The notes below the pieces were generated by a model. That model was not told the DNA's origin. It searched no databases and saw only the letters and a program-made list of their open reading frames with translations. A program made the translations under genes and the position numbers. Positions 1 through 9,621 of a DNA stretch of 64,000 nucleotides are shown in pieces; the stretch's first letter is position 1, and the number at the start of each line of letters is the position of its first letter. The DNA comes from Halorutilales archaeon Cl-col2-1 (GTDB taxonomy: Archaea > Halobacteriota > Halobacteria > Halobacteriales > Afararchaeaceae): positions 288,001 through 352,000 of the forward strand of contig CP169074.1 of assembly GCA_041891055.1 (NCBI GenBank), given 5' to 3'.

Positions 1-901
1 AGCTACCGTTTTTCTCCTCGAATATGTCGGAGCCGATTATCCTGTACTCGTCGACGGAGGTGTTGAACGAGAGGTTCGGGTTACGTCCGTTTGCGACGTA
101 TACGGGACCCAGGGACTCCCCCTCGGCGTTCGTGTAGTCTAGGTCGACGAGAGCCGCGTATCCGGTGTCACGTATCCCGAGTTTCGTAATGGGCTGTGTG
201 ATCTGTTTTGCCTGGTAGTTAATTATGACGAGCCCGACGCGTTCGCCGTTGACCTCGACGGGAGTTGCGTACCGTATTGCGGGCGAGTCGGTCGCTCTTG
301 CTATGTTGATTGACGAGACGTAGACGCCGTCGGACTCCGTCTCGTCAGGATCCATCACTTTCTCGAACCAGATTTTGTCGCCCTTGTAGTCCTGGGTGTC
401 TTCCTCACCGAGTTTATAGCCTGTGAGGACGTTACCGTCCTTCCAGAAGACACGTATCATGTCGATGTTGGGGTTGTCCTCACCGACGTCCTCGAAGAAC
501 TCCTGTGTCTCGTTGTACTCGGGTCGGCTGTCGAGGAGTCTCGGGTACGAAGCGTTCCTTCCCCGTAGACTCGTGTTCGAGTACCTGTAACGTATCAGAC
601 TCCTGACCGATTCCTGTCTCTCGACCATCCTGACCTGTTTCTTGTAGAGGAGTGATCTCGTCTCGGCGTTCTCGGAGACCGACTCTATCTCGGTGTTCAG
701 CCTCTCGACCGACTGATCCCTGAGTGCGTCCTGTGTCTGGTTGAGGCTGACGTACGTTGTCAGAAACAGAGGAGTGAGTCCGATAAAGAGAACAGTAACC
801 GCTATCCTGAACCCGAAGCTGTCTACTATGTCTCTTAGCATCTCTTTTTTGCTACTTCTCGTACTCAGAGACAGGAGTCCCGCGTCCGTCCCTTCTGTCA
901 C
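1..901 (-). CDS. Membrane sensor protein with extracellular dCache-like domain (chemotransducer or histidine kinase), 3' end outside the window
   Basis: Manual translation, not in the ORF track: GTG at 901 or ATG at 841, MLRDIVDSFGFRIAVTVLFIGLTPLFLTTY (TM), then YKGDKIWF...VYVSSINIARATDSPAIRYATPV...GLVII, a typical Cache pattern; frame open to the window edge. Confidence 0.7.
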   Translation of the reverse strand, partial: MTEGTDAGLLSLSTRSSKKEMLRDIVDSFGFRIAVTVLFIGLTPLFLTTYVSLNQTQDALRDQSVERLNTEIESVSENAETRSLLYKKQVRMVERQESVRSLIRYRYSNTSLRGRNASYPRLLDSRPEYNETQEFFEDVGEDNPNIDMIRVFWKDGNVLTGYKLGEEDTQDYKGDKIWFEKVMDPDETESDGVYVSSINIARATDSPAIRYATPVEVNGERVGLVIINYQAKQITQPITKLGIRDTGYAALVDLDYTNAEGESLGPVYVANGRNPNLSFNTSVDEYRIIGSDIFEEKNGS

Positions 902-1015
902 GACCCGGTGTAATTTCGGGCTTCGGCTGTCTTACTCGTATCTGCGTCTATGCCAGTATATGTAGAGTCATTTATACGTATATGCTCTTCGTTATAAGTG
1001 TAAGATATCCAAGGG

Positions 1016-2314
1016 TTATACGTAGAAGAGTACCAGCGGTAACAGGAGACTTCCCATACAGTGTACACGTCTCACACGCGTGTGGTTGGGAACCATACCT
1101 ATCGCAGTCGCCGAGACGAGTATCGGGATACCTCGGAACCCCGAAAGGACGAAGGTTAAGACGACGAGGAGAACGACTACGAAGATGGTTACGAGACGGT
1201 AGCTCACCGACCGGGCGGCTCTGAAGACTACGTGTCCGAGAGCCACTGTCGCCCCGAACGCGGCCACCGAGACTACGACGGCGACCCCTACGTAGACGAC
1301 TGTTAGGTCACGGCTTACCGTGACCACGTCGGAGAGTGCGACCATCGCACCGCTCCTCGACCTGTCTATGAAGTAGAGTGCGAGCAAAGCGAAGAGAGCA
1401 TTAGAGGAGTTGACTCCCGAGACGGCGACTATGAACTCACGCGCCGACCTCTCATCGGTGTCTCCGTCAAGTCCTGGCTCCGACCCGGGTATGAAGCTCT
1501 GGACGAAGACGGTAGCTAGGGCGGGACTTATACCGGGAATCCATCCGACGACACCGCCGGCTAAGCTTCCCGATGCGGCACTCGTGAGGGTGCGTCTTCT
1601 GGGTATACGTGGGGACGCGTCGGTTTCCTGTGGGGGTATGTCTGAGTCGGATAATGCACTCGTGGCGACGACAGGCATTCCGAAGAGGCCCGTGAAGAGA
1701 GGCATGAGGAGATTCGATGTCTCGCCCGAGTTGAGTACGTAGTACCCTAAGAGTCCGCTGCTCACGAGGACGAAAGCCGCTGTGAGACTTCTTTGGACAC
1801 CGCCCTCCGTAAAGAGGAGAAAAGCGGCTGTAACTCCGAGGACTAACGCCATCGAGTCCTCTAAGACGGGGTACAGCCTCACCATTCCGACTGTGAGTGG
1901 GAGAGCGACGAAGACGCCGAATCCCACGGCTAAGAGACTCCCGAGAGCTGAGAGACGCAGAGCCTCGTGTCCCCTTCCGTCGAGTACCATGCGGTGACCC
2001 GGGAGTGCGACGAGAGCCATCGAGTCGTCGGGAACCCCGACCACGAGACTCGGAACTATGTCGAGGAACGTATGTGTAACTGCGGCAGCGACTATCGCCA
2101 CGCCGAGGAGTTCGGGAGCGACATTAACCCCTAATCCCGTGGCTGCTGCGGGAACACTCCCGGCGAGGAGTAGAGCGAAGGTGTTGACATGTAGCCCTGG
2201 TGTGAGACCGCTTACGGTTCCGAGAAGAAAGCCCAAGATTCCGAGGACTGCGACCGACGTCGGCGATACCTGTGAAAACGAGAACGAGACTAAGGGTATC
2301 AATCTCAGACCCAA
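1016..2314 (-). CDS. TctA/DUF112-family (tripartite tricarboxylate transporter-like) membrane protein
   Basis: Repeated G-x-x-PG motifs (SGLTPGLHVN, VGWIPGIS), ALPGH motif, multi-TM. Confidence 0.85.
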   Translation of the reverse strand: MGLRLIPLVSFSFSQVSPTSVAVLGILGFLLGTVSGLTPGLHVNTFALLLAGSVPAAATGLGVNVAPELLGVAIVAAAVTHTFLDIVPSLVVGVPDDSMALVALPGHRMVLDGRGHEALRLSALGSLLAVGFGVFVALPLTVGMVRLYPVLEDSMALVLGVTAAFLLFTEGGVQRSLTAAFVLVSSGLLGYYVLNSGETSNLLMPLFTGLFGMPVVATSALSDSDIPPQETDASPRIPRRRTLTSAASGSLAGGVVGWIPGISPALATVFVQSFIPGSEPGLDGDTDERSAREFIVAVSGVNSSNALFALLALYFIDRSRSGAMVALSDVVTVSRDLTVVYVGVAVVVSVAAFGATVALGHVVFRAARSVSYRLVTIFVVVLLVVLTFVLSGFRGIPILVSATAIGMVPNHTRVRRVHCMGSLLLPLVLFYV

Positions 2315-2323
2315 CTATAACGT

Positions 2324-2758
2324 CTACTCCTCCCTGTCGAGAACCCTTATGTGGTCTCCCCTGACTGTCACGGGTATCGGAACCGTCGCCTCGTGTAGCT
2401 CCACGGTGACCTCGTCGCTCGACGAGTCTATCCTCTTGACACGCGCTTTCTCGCCCTTGAAGGGTCCGCTTATGATCTCGACGACAGCACCTTCCTCGAC
2501 TCCGGAGACAGACGGCTTCGGAGTCAGGAAATGCTCAACCTCTTCCATGCTCGTGGTTCCCTCGACCATCGTTCGGGCATGAGGGATATCTTCCGCGACG
2601 CGTTTGACTACATCGGGGTTCTCCGCCTCTACGAGGACGTATGCCTTGAGGTCGCTCGGTGCGAGAACCGCGTATATCTCGTCGATGTCACGCTCGGCTA
2701 TCATGTCCGCGACCGTCCTCTCCTGGTTCGCGGTTGTCTTGACTGCGTATATTCCCAT
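2324..2758 (-). CDS. spt5: Transcription elongation factor Spt5 (NusG family)
   Basis: [12 protein letters not shown]-terminus, KOW motif [11 protein letters not shown]; follows secE. Confidence 0.97.
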   Translation of the reverse strand: MGIYAVKTTANQERTVADMIAERDIDEIYAVLAPSDLKAYVLVEAENPDVVKRVAEDIPHARTMVEGTTSMEEVEHFLTPKPSVSGVEEGAVVEIISGPFKGEKARVKRIDSSSDEVTVELHEATVPIPVTVRGDHIRVLDREE

Positions 2759-2765
2759 GTTTATC

Positions 2766-2939
2766 TTATGTTGCGGGGGGAAGGAATCTCATGACCACGA
2801 ATATCAGGAAGCCGACGAGCCCTATGAAGAGTATTCCGCCTCCTGCTATGTACGACGCCTGTTTGAACTCCTGCCAAGTCGGCGTCCGTGCTAGCTTCAG
2901 AACACGGATGTACTCGTTTAAGCTGAAATCAATATCCAT
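2766..2939 (-). CDS. secE: Protein translocase subunit SecE (Sec61 gamma), 57 aa
   Basis: Manual translation [57 protein letters not shown]; lies between ftsZ and spt5. Confidence 0.95.
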   Translation of the reverse strand: MDIDFSLNEYIRVLKLARTPTWQEFKQASYIAGGGILFIGLVGFLIFVVMRFLPPAT

Positions 2940-2985
2940 CAGAAGCGGTTTGTTTCTGAGTTAACTTGAGTCCTTCTAATCTTAT

Positions 2986-4170
2986 CTAATCTATGTAGTC
3001 TATGTCGCTCTCGGTGGTCTGGGTCTCGTTGGGAGTCTTTCCGTATATCTGGGGACTCTCGACACCCGTGACGACGACCATCGTCCTCATCGAGCCTTCG
3101 AGTTCCTCGTCGACCGAGGTTCCCCAGATTATCCTCGCGTTGGTGTCTATCTTGTCGTAGATCTGTTCGACAACGCCCTCAGCCTCGTCTATGCTCATGT
3201 CGTTTCCACCAGTGACGTTGACGAGTGCGGAGGTCGCTCCCTCTATGTTGACGTCGAGGAGGGGAGACCGCAGAGCGTGTCTCACACTGTCCTCTGCCTT
3301 GCTCTCTGAGTCGCTCTCCCCGAGACCTATCATCGCCACGCCGCCTTTCTCCATCACAGTACGTACGTCGGCGAAGTCGAGGTTGACGAGACCGGGCTTC
3401 GTGATTAGCTCTGTGATGCCCTTCACTGAGCGCATCAGGACTTCGTCAGCGACCTTGAACGCCTTCTTGACGGGCAGACCACCGACTGCGTCAAGAAGCC
3501 TGTCGTTCGGGACGACTATGACGGTGTCGGCGACATCACGCAGACGCTCGAGACCCGCCTCGGCATTCGTCCTTCTGACCTCGCCCTCCGCGGTGAACGG
3601 CGTCGTGACGACGGCTATCGTGAGTGCCCCCTCGTCCTGTGCCGCCTGTGCGACGACCGGGGCACTTCCCGTCCCTGTACCGCCTCCGAGACCAGCAGTC
3701 ACGAATACCATGTCGGAGCCCGAGACTGCGTTGGTTATCTCCTGCTGAGACTCTAGAGCGGCTTCCTCGCCGACTTGCGGTACTGATCCGGCTCCTCGTC
3801 CTCCGGTCTTCTTCTTTCCTATCAGGAGCTTCTTATCCGCCTCAGTCTCTATGAGATGCTGGGCGTCGGTGTTGGCGGCTACTAAGTTGGCTCCGTGTAT
3901 TCCCTCCTTCTCCATTCGGGAGATAGTGTTGCAGCCTGCGCCTCCACATCCGACTACGGTAATGTCTGTTTCGAGCTCCTCAAGTACGTCAAGTAGCTCC
4001 TCGTCGGTCGTCTCAGCGTTGCCTCCCCCGGTACCACCACCCGTCCCCGTTGACTCTGTTCCTCCACTCGTCCCCGTCTCCGATGTACCCGTTTCTATCT
4101 CTCCACTTACGTCGTCGTTCATGTCCTCGTTCTCGGCTTCCTCAAGAGCGTCTTCTATTATCTTGTCCAT
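2986..4170 (-). CDS. ftsZ: Cell division protein FtsZ (FtsZ1 type)
   Basis: GGGTGTG tubulin signature, NLDFADV T7 loop; ftsZ-secE-spt5 synteny. Confidence 0.98.
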   Translation of the reverse strand: MDKIIEDALEEAENEDMNDDVSGEIETGTSETGTSGGTESTGTGGGTGGGNAETTDEELLDVLEELETDITVVGCGGAGCNTISRMEKEGIHGANLVAANTDAQHLIETEADKKLLIGKKKTGGRGAGSVPQVGEEAALESQQEITNAVSGSDMVFVTAGLGGGTGTGSAPVVAQAAQDEGALTIAVVTTPFTAEGEVRRTNAEAGLERLRDVADTVIVVPNDRLLDAVGGLPVKKAFKVADEVLMRSVKGITELITKPGLVNLDFADVRTVMEKGGVAMIGLGESDSESKAEDSVRHALRSPLLDVNIEGATSALVNVTGGNDMSIDEAEGVVEQIYDKIDTNARIIWGTSVDEELEGSMRTMVVVTGVESPQIYGKTPNETQTTESDIDYID

Positions 4171-4291
4171 GCTATTACACCGTATGATGGAACTCAGTCT
4201 GATATACTATACGGTACCGTACGTAAACCTCTGAGTCGGTCTATGGACTTCCCGTATATATTATTAAGTCAGACTCACGTCTGACACACAC

Positions 4292-5569
4292 TCAGACCTC
4301 AAACACCTTGGTTTCTGTAACATGAACATCCTCCGGATATATAGTTCTGTCGTCGGTCTCGACCTCCTCACCGTCAGATAGCCTCCCGAAGAGACGCCCC
4401 TCGGGAACACCCATATCCTTAGCCTTCTCGGGACTAAAGACCTGCCTCCGAACGGTTATCTCTCCCTCTGCCTCGTCGTAGACTACGTCGTCGTACTTGT
4501 CTCTGAGTATCTCGACAATTCCCAGTGTGAAGTCCTCAGTCTCGTCGGTCTCCAAGACTACGTCGGCGAGAGACGAGTCGTCGTACTCGGAGTAGCCGAG
4601 ACAGTGTTCTTCGATTAGATCCTCGAAGGCGTCGGGGTCTGTCCTGCGTGCCTCACGTGCCGCCTCGGTACCGCCGTAGACAACGGGATCGACATCGTCT
4701 TTGTGTGACCTCTGAGTCAGGAAGAGACGTTCGCCCGACATGACTGACTCTATCGCCTCTGCGACCTCGTCTTCGACACCTGATCGGCGTCTCAGTACCG
4801 ACTCCGCCCTCGACGGATAGCCACGTAGGTCTTCATCGGAAGCGTCGCCGTCGAGTACGCCGAAGTCGGCTCCCGATATCTCGAAGACTTCGTCAAGGAG
4901 TGGGTCGTTGAGGTCGTCGAGACAGTGGTCGGGGACGACGTGTCCGAAGGCGACGTCAGTTTCGAGGAGAATACGCGTGAACTTCGGCGCGTAATGTCCT
5001 CCTCCTAATCCGACGGCGACCTTGGGGTATGTCTCGGAGGTGTCGAGTTCGAGTAAGCCTCTCGCAACTGCCCTCGCGGCATCCTCACGTTCCCATTCGT
5101 CCTCACCGCTCCCTATCTCGGCGTATAAAGACGGAGTCTCGACAGCCGTAGGACCGTGGTGGGTCGCCTCGAACGAGATGTCGAAGTCGTCGGGAGACTC
5201 GTCCTCGAAGAATCTGAGAAGGGACTTCGCGGCTTGAGGCGCGGGCTTCGCTAACCCTCCTTCTTCGCCGCCGTACTCCGCCTCTCCGAAGTTACCCGTG
5301 AAATGTGCCGTGAGAAGCTCCCCCGTGTCTCCCGAGTGACGCGACGCGAAGACGAGGAGATCGGTGTCGTGTGTCTCGGAGAGACGCGAGTCGACGTCGT
5401 CGTAGTAGAGATGTAGACCTTCTTTCTCCACCATCACGTATCCGTCTCGTGTGTACTCGCGCTCCCAGTCTCCTTCGGGCTCCGTCTCTTCCCAGTCCGC
5501 CTCTTCGAGGAGTCTGTCACGTATGTTGAGACTCGCCTCGTCGTCACGTGAGACTACGATGCCTATCAT
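4292..5569 (-). CDS. dtdA: D-aminoacyl-tRNA deacylase (DTD2 type) with C-terminal extension
   Basis: FASRHS, AHFTGNFG, EATHHGPT, EIGS, GGGHYAP motifs. Confidence 0.93.
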   Translation of the reverse strand: MIGIVVSRDDEASLNIRDRLLEEADWEETEPEGDWEREYTRDGYVMVEKEGLHLYYDDVDSRLSETHDTDLLVFASRHSGDTGELLTAHFTGNFGEAEYGGEEGGLAKPAPQAAKSLLRFFEDESPDDFDISFEATHHGPTAVETPSLYAEIGSGEDEWEREDAARAVARGLLELDTSETYPKVAVGLGGGHYAPKFTRILLETDVAFGHVVPDHCLDDLNDPLLDEVFEISGADFGVLDGDASDEDLRGYPSRAESVLRRRSGVEDEVAEAIESVMSGERLFLTQRSHKDDVDPVVYGGTEAAREARRTDPDAFEDLIEEHCLGYSEYDDSSLADVVLETDETEDFTLGIVEILRDKYDDVVYDEAEGEITVRRQVFSPEKAKDMGVPEGRLFGRLSDGEEVETDDRTIYPEDVHVTETKVFEV

Positions 5570-5648
5570 ACCTTTACTTCGTCACGTACTTAGACAGTTT
5601 TTTGGATCTCCGGCACGTTTAAGACTTCCAACTACATACGTAGTAGCA

Positions 5649-5831
5649 ATGAACCAGACACAGTTCGTCAGACGTATAGCGGGTGTAGTCATACTCGCGG
5701 GATTCGCCCTCGGATGGTTCGTCGACGACTACTTCTACCTCATAGACGCCTTCGCGGGTCTCAACCTCCTCCAGAGCTCTTTCACGGGTTTCTGTCCTTC
5801 TGAGAAGATATACGCAAGGCTGTTCGACTAA
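5649..5831 (+). CDS. DUF2892-like small membrane protein (60 aa)
   Basis: MNQTQFVRRIAG...GLNLLQSSFTGFCP motif; ATG at 5649. Confidence 0.8.
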   Translation: MNQTQFVRRIAGVVILAGFALGWFVDDYFYLIDAFAGLNLLQSSFTGFCPSEKIYARLFD

Positions 5832-5860
5832 TTTTTGTGTCTCCGACGCGTCTTTCGGGC

Positions 5861-6673
5861 ATGGATATCTACGGAATAATAGGCAATCCCGTAGAGCACT
5901 CGCTCTCACCCCCTATGCACGAGGCGGCTTACGACGAGACGGGATACGACGCGCGTTACTGTAAGTTCCCCGTCGAAGACGGAGACGTCGAGACCGCCGT
6001 CAAAGGAGCCGAGGCTCTCGGAATAAAGGGTCTCAACGTGACTATACCACACAAGCAGGCTGTCGCCGAACTCGACGCAGTCGAGAACCATCCTACGGCG
6101 GAGAAGATGGCTGCGGTAAACACTCTCGACCTCGAAGAGATGAGGGGCTACAACACCGACGGCGTCGGTGCGATTAGAGCACTCGAACACCACGGCGTCG
6201 AAGTAGACGGTGCCGAAGTCGTAGTCGTCGGGGCGGGAGGTGCGGCACGTGCTGTCTGTTTCGCGCTCTCGGAACGTGATACCCGGATAAGAATCGCCAA
6301 CAGGACGCCGGAGAAGGCACGTGACCTCGCCGACGAACTCGGTGGGTCGGCGGAGGGATACTCGCTTGATGCCCTCAAGGATACCGTCTCGGACGCCGAC
6401 ATACTTATAAACGCGACGAGCGTCGGCATGGAGGAGGACGAGACGCCAGTGCCCGCGGAGTACCTCGACTCGGATCTCGTCGTCTTCGACGTCGTATACA
6501 GCCCTCTTGAGACACGTCTTCTGAGGGACGCGAAGGAGGTAGGAGCCAAGACAGTAGACGGAGCCTGGATGCTCGTCTTCCAGGGTGTCGAGGCGTTCGA
6601 GATCTGGACGGGGAAGAAGCCGCCCGTCGATGTCATGAACACAGCCGTAAGAAGGAGGCTGAAGGATGACTGA
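5861..6673 (+). CDS. aroE: Shikimate dehydrogenase
   Basis: GNPVEHSLSP, NVTIPHK, AVNT, NTDG, GAGGAARA, NATSVGM. Confidence 0.97.
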   Translation: MDIYGIIGNPVEHSLSPPMHEAAYDETGYDARYCKFPVEDGDVETAVKGAEALGIKGLNVTIPHKQAVAELDAVENHPTAEKMAAVNTLDLEEMRGYNTDGVGAIRALEHHGVEVDGAEVVVVGAGGAARAVCFALSERDTRIRIANRTPEKARDLADELGGSAEGYSLDALKDTVSDADILINATSVGMEEDETPVPAEYLDSDLVVFDVVYSPLETRLLRDAKEVGAKTVDGAWMLVFQGVEAFEIWTGKKPPVDVMNTAVRRRLKDD

Positions 6674-7058
6674 CGACGAACGTCTCGAACTCTTCTCGGA
6701 GAAGAGCTTCCGTCTCATACTCCGTATACCCGAGGTCGACACAGACGCAGTCACGAACGCTGTACACGAGGCTGCGGAGGTCGACGAACACGACGATGTC
6801 GACGTCTCGGAGTTCTCGGCTCACGCCACACATTCTGAGTTCGAGGGAGAGTTCAGAGGCAACGCCATAGAGGGTGGTGTCTCACGCGATGTCAACGGAA
6901 ACACGGTTCTGACTCTCCGCAGGATAGTATATGTCGACAACTCCGCCGACTTCATCGACGAGATAAACGACCTCCTCAGGATCGAGAGGCTCGAAGACGC
7001 GGCTGAGAGGCTGCGCGAGTACGACGCCGACGAGGTACCTCTTAAGAAGGTTCTGTAA
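6666..7058 (+). CDS. Hypothetical acidic protein
   Basis: Overlaps the aroE stop, 1 bp from the next gene, halophilic composition. Confidence 0.65.
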   Translation: MTDDERLELFSEKSFRLILRIPEVDTDAVTNAVHEAAEVDEHDDVDVSEFSAHATHSEFEGEFRGNAIEGGVSRDVNGNTVLTLRRIVYVDNSADFIDEINDLLRIERLEDAAERLREYDADEVPLKKVL

Positions 7059-7059
7059 G

Positions 7060-7956
7060 ATGGCTATGGAACGTTACTCCGAGATAATACCGGAGTTCGA
7101 CAACTTTCTCGATTACCTCGAAAAGCCGCTTCCGAAGACAGCGAGGGTCAACACCGTCAAGTCAGACGTCGAAGAGACCCGAGAGGCTCTGGAGGAAGCA
7201 GGTGTCGGCACAGAGGTCTTCGACTGGTACGATAAGGGTCTACGTCTCGACATACCCGACGGAATGAGCATAGGCAACAGTCTCCCTCATTTCCTCGGCT
7301 GGATACACGTACATGAGGAGGTCAGCATGATCCCTCCGGTTGTTCTCGACCCCGACGAAGACGACCACGTCCTCGATGTCTGTGCCGCGCCGGGGAGTAA
7401 GACTACACAGATAGCCGCGGCTGTCGAGGAAGGCTCCGTTACGGCGAACGACGACAACATAGGCAGGATAGCCGCGCTAAGGAACAACACCGACAGGCTC
7501 GGGCTCACCAACGTCTCTGTGACCAACTACGACGGCAGGAGGATGCCGGGGAGAGACGTCTTCGACTCTGCGGTTGTCGATGTTCCGTGTACGTCGGAGG
7601 GGACTGCGCGGAAGTATCCTCAGCACAGAGAGGGTGCGAGTCTCGATCAGATTAGGAGTCTACAGGGAGTCCAGAAAGGAATACTGTCGAGGACTGTTGA
7701 TCTCGTGAAGCCAGGGGGTACAGTCGTCTACTCGACGTGTACATTCGCCCCCGAGGAGAACGAGGCTGTCGTCGACCACGTTCTCGGGGAGAAAGACGTC
7801 GAAGTCGTCGATTTCTCTTTGGGACTTAACTCCGAAAAGGGTCTGACCGAATGGAAAGGTGAGGGCTTCGATCCTTCTGTCGAGAACTCGAAGCGGTTCT
7901 ACCCCCATGCCAACGACACAGGGGGCTTCTTCGTCGCTAAGCTCAGGGTCGACTGA
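7060..7956 (+). CDS. RsmB/NOL1/NOP2 (NSUN) family RNA m5C methyltransferase
   Basis: DVCAAPGSKTTQ, DVPCTSEG, YSTCTFAPEENE, GFFVAK. Confidence 0.95.
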   Translation: MAMERYSEIIPEFDNFLDYLEKPLPKTARVNTVKSDVEETREALEEAGVGTEVFDWYDKGLRLDIPDGMSIGNSLPHFLGWIHVHEEVSMIPPVVLDPDEDDHVLDVCAAPGSKTTQIAAAVEEGSVTANDDNIGRIAALRNNTDRLGLTNVSVTNYDGRRMPGRDVFDSAVVDVPCTSEGTARKYPQHREGASLDQIRSLQGVQKGILSRTVDLVKPGGTVVYSTCTFAPEENEAVVDHVLGEKDVEVVDFSLGLNSEKGLTEWKGEGFDPSVENSKRFYPHANDTGGFFVAKLRVD

Positions 7957-7966
7957 TAGCTCTATC

Positions 7967-8509
7967 TTAGCTCTGTTTCTTCTTAGCGGCTCCTTCCTGA
8001 GTAGACATCTCCTCTATCTTACAGATGACTATGTTGTTGGTCTCATCCTTGCCGTCTACTACGCCGTCTATCACTAGCCCCGAGATGGGGGTGGGTCCTA
8101 CCTCTATCTCGTCGCCCTCGTGGAAGTCGTGTACGCTTCCCTGTACGTGTATCTCGGCGCGGCAGAGTGAGGGATGGTGTACGCTAGTGAGGTCTATCTC
8201 GGCGACGTTAGCGCTCTCAACGGGATCTCCGTTCTTGAGAAGAGGTACCGCAGCCTCCTCCTCCATCAGTTCCATGTCTAGCGACTCGTAGGCGTTCGCC
8301 GTGGGCTTGTATCCGCCCTTGGGACCCGGGATTCCCTCTACCAACTGCAACGCCTTCAAAGACTGCATCTGGTTACGTATCGTCCCGGGGTTTCTCCCGA
8401 CCATCTCGGCGATCTCCTCTCCCTTGACTACGTCCTCTTTCTCCCGAAAGAGGTTGACTAGTGCAGAAAGTATCTGCTTCTGACTCGACGAAAGGTCTAT
8501 TTCAGCCAT
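7967..8509 (-). CDS. Winged-helix transcriptional regulator (COG2524-like N-terminus without CBS domains)
   Basis: VKGEEIAE...RNPGTIRNQMQSLKALQLVEGIPGPKGGY. Confidence 0.85.
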   Translation of the reverse strand: MAEIDLSSSQKQILSALVNLFREKEDVVKGEEIAEMVGRNPGTIRNQMQSLKALQLVEGIPGPKGGYKPTANAYESLDMELMEEEAAVPLLKNGDPVESANVAEIDLTSVHHPSLCRAEIHVQGSVHDFHEGDEIEVGPTPISGLVIDGVVDGKDETNNIVICKIEEMSTQEGAAKKKQS

Positions 8510-8567
8510 GACTATAATATTAGTTCCGTACAGGTATTAAACTTATCTTTAATCATGGTTCTGGTAT

Positions 8568-9359
8568 TCAGAACCATGTCATACGTTGTCGGTTTTCGTC
8601 ACCACCTTGGACGAGACACGGGGCTGCGGCTAAGACGACTCCGACAGCTAAGACGCTGATGGGAGCGGCTTCGGGGACGACTCCGTAGACCGAAAGTGGA
8701 AGTGTCCCGAGAGACGCTCCGCTCGTGAGTCTGAGAAGCCGCGCGTCGATGAGACGTAACCCGGCTTCGGAGTTCGATCCCCAAAAGCGGGAACGCGCAG
8801 CCACGACGCACAGACCGAAGACCGTAGCGACCCCGCCCGCCAAGACGCCCTTGACGACGAGGGACAGATCGTGGACGACGAGTTCGAAACCCGACGGGTC
8901 GAGGCTGACGACAAGTCCCGCGGCGACTACCGTACGTGGCTTCGGGAGTACGTCGTCGAGTACGTCCGTGGCTACCGAGACGGCGACCGTGAGAACCGTG
9001 GCGACGGCGAAGACATCGAAGATCTGTCTCGACACGAGGCTCTCGAACGTCGGGGCTAATGCAGCCTCTATGCCCGCGACGACAGAGACGCCGGCTCCGA
9101 CGGCTAAGACCTCGCTAGCACCGATGTCGTCCGACGAGACGAGGACACTCGCAGTCGCGGCTCCGCCTAAGACGAGAAGACCCGTCTGTAAGACTCCGAG
9201 CGGGCTACCTAGTCCTCCGGCTAAGACGACTGCGGGGAAGACCCCGTCTATGAGAGGGAGTCCCATCACCGTCGCGAGAAGATGGCTCCCGTCACCACGT
9301 CCGCGTCCGCCTACCAGCGACTCAGCTGCCCTCTTGACACCGTGGACGTGGATGGACAT
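8568..9359 (-). CDS. DUF5794-like multi-pass membrane protein
   Basis: LLATVMGLPLIDGVFPAVVLAG N-terminal motif recalled from haloarchaeal DUF5794 proteins; hydrophobic throughout. Confidence 0.75.
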   Translation of the reverse strand: MSIHVHGVKRAAESLVGGRGRGDGSHLLATVMGLPLIDGVFPAVVLAGGLGSPLGVLQTGLLVLGGAATASVLVSSDDIGASEVLAVGAGVSVVAGIEAALAPTFESLVSRQIFDVFAVATVLTVAVSVATDVLDDVLPKPRTVVAAGLVVSLDPSGFELVVHDLSLVVKGVLAGGVATVFGLCVVAARSRFWGSNSEAGLRLIDARLLRLTSGASLGTLPLSVYGVVPEAAPISVLAVGVVLAAAPCLVQGGDENRQRMTWF

Positions 9360-9534
9360 ATCCCTCTTGACCGCCGTAACCTCCGGCGGATCGGTGGTGT
9401 AGGGGTCTGTACCCAGCGACGGAGACGAATGTCTTCGGGGTCTTGGTGGCGTTAATAATAGTATTAGTCCCGGTAAAGACGTCTCTGTTTACGCCACGCA
9501 GTCCGAACGTCTCCGTACTGGGCATCGAAGACAT
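9360..9534 (-). promoter_or_regulatory. Structured 5' leader with leaderless uORF (candidate cis-regulatory RNA)
   Basis: Nested inverted repeats 9412-9416/9518-9522, 9419-9427/9508-9516, 9434-9438/9503-9507, 9446-9452/9491-9497; alternative 9429-9437/9526-9534; TATA-like CTTAATAC at 9557-9564 (minus strand). Confidence 0.6.
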
Positions 9535-9621
9535 ATATAATACGACGGCTCTGAGAGTATTAAGGCTTCCGCCGGGAGCCGTATGACCTAAGAGGCGAAG
9601 GCGCGTAGACCCCGATACCTG

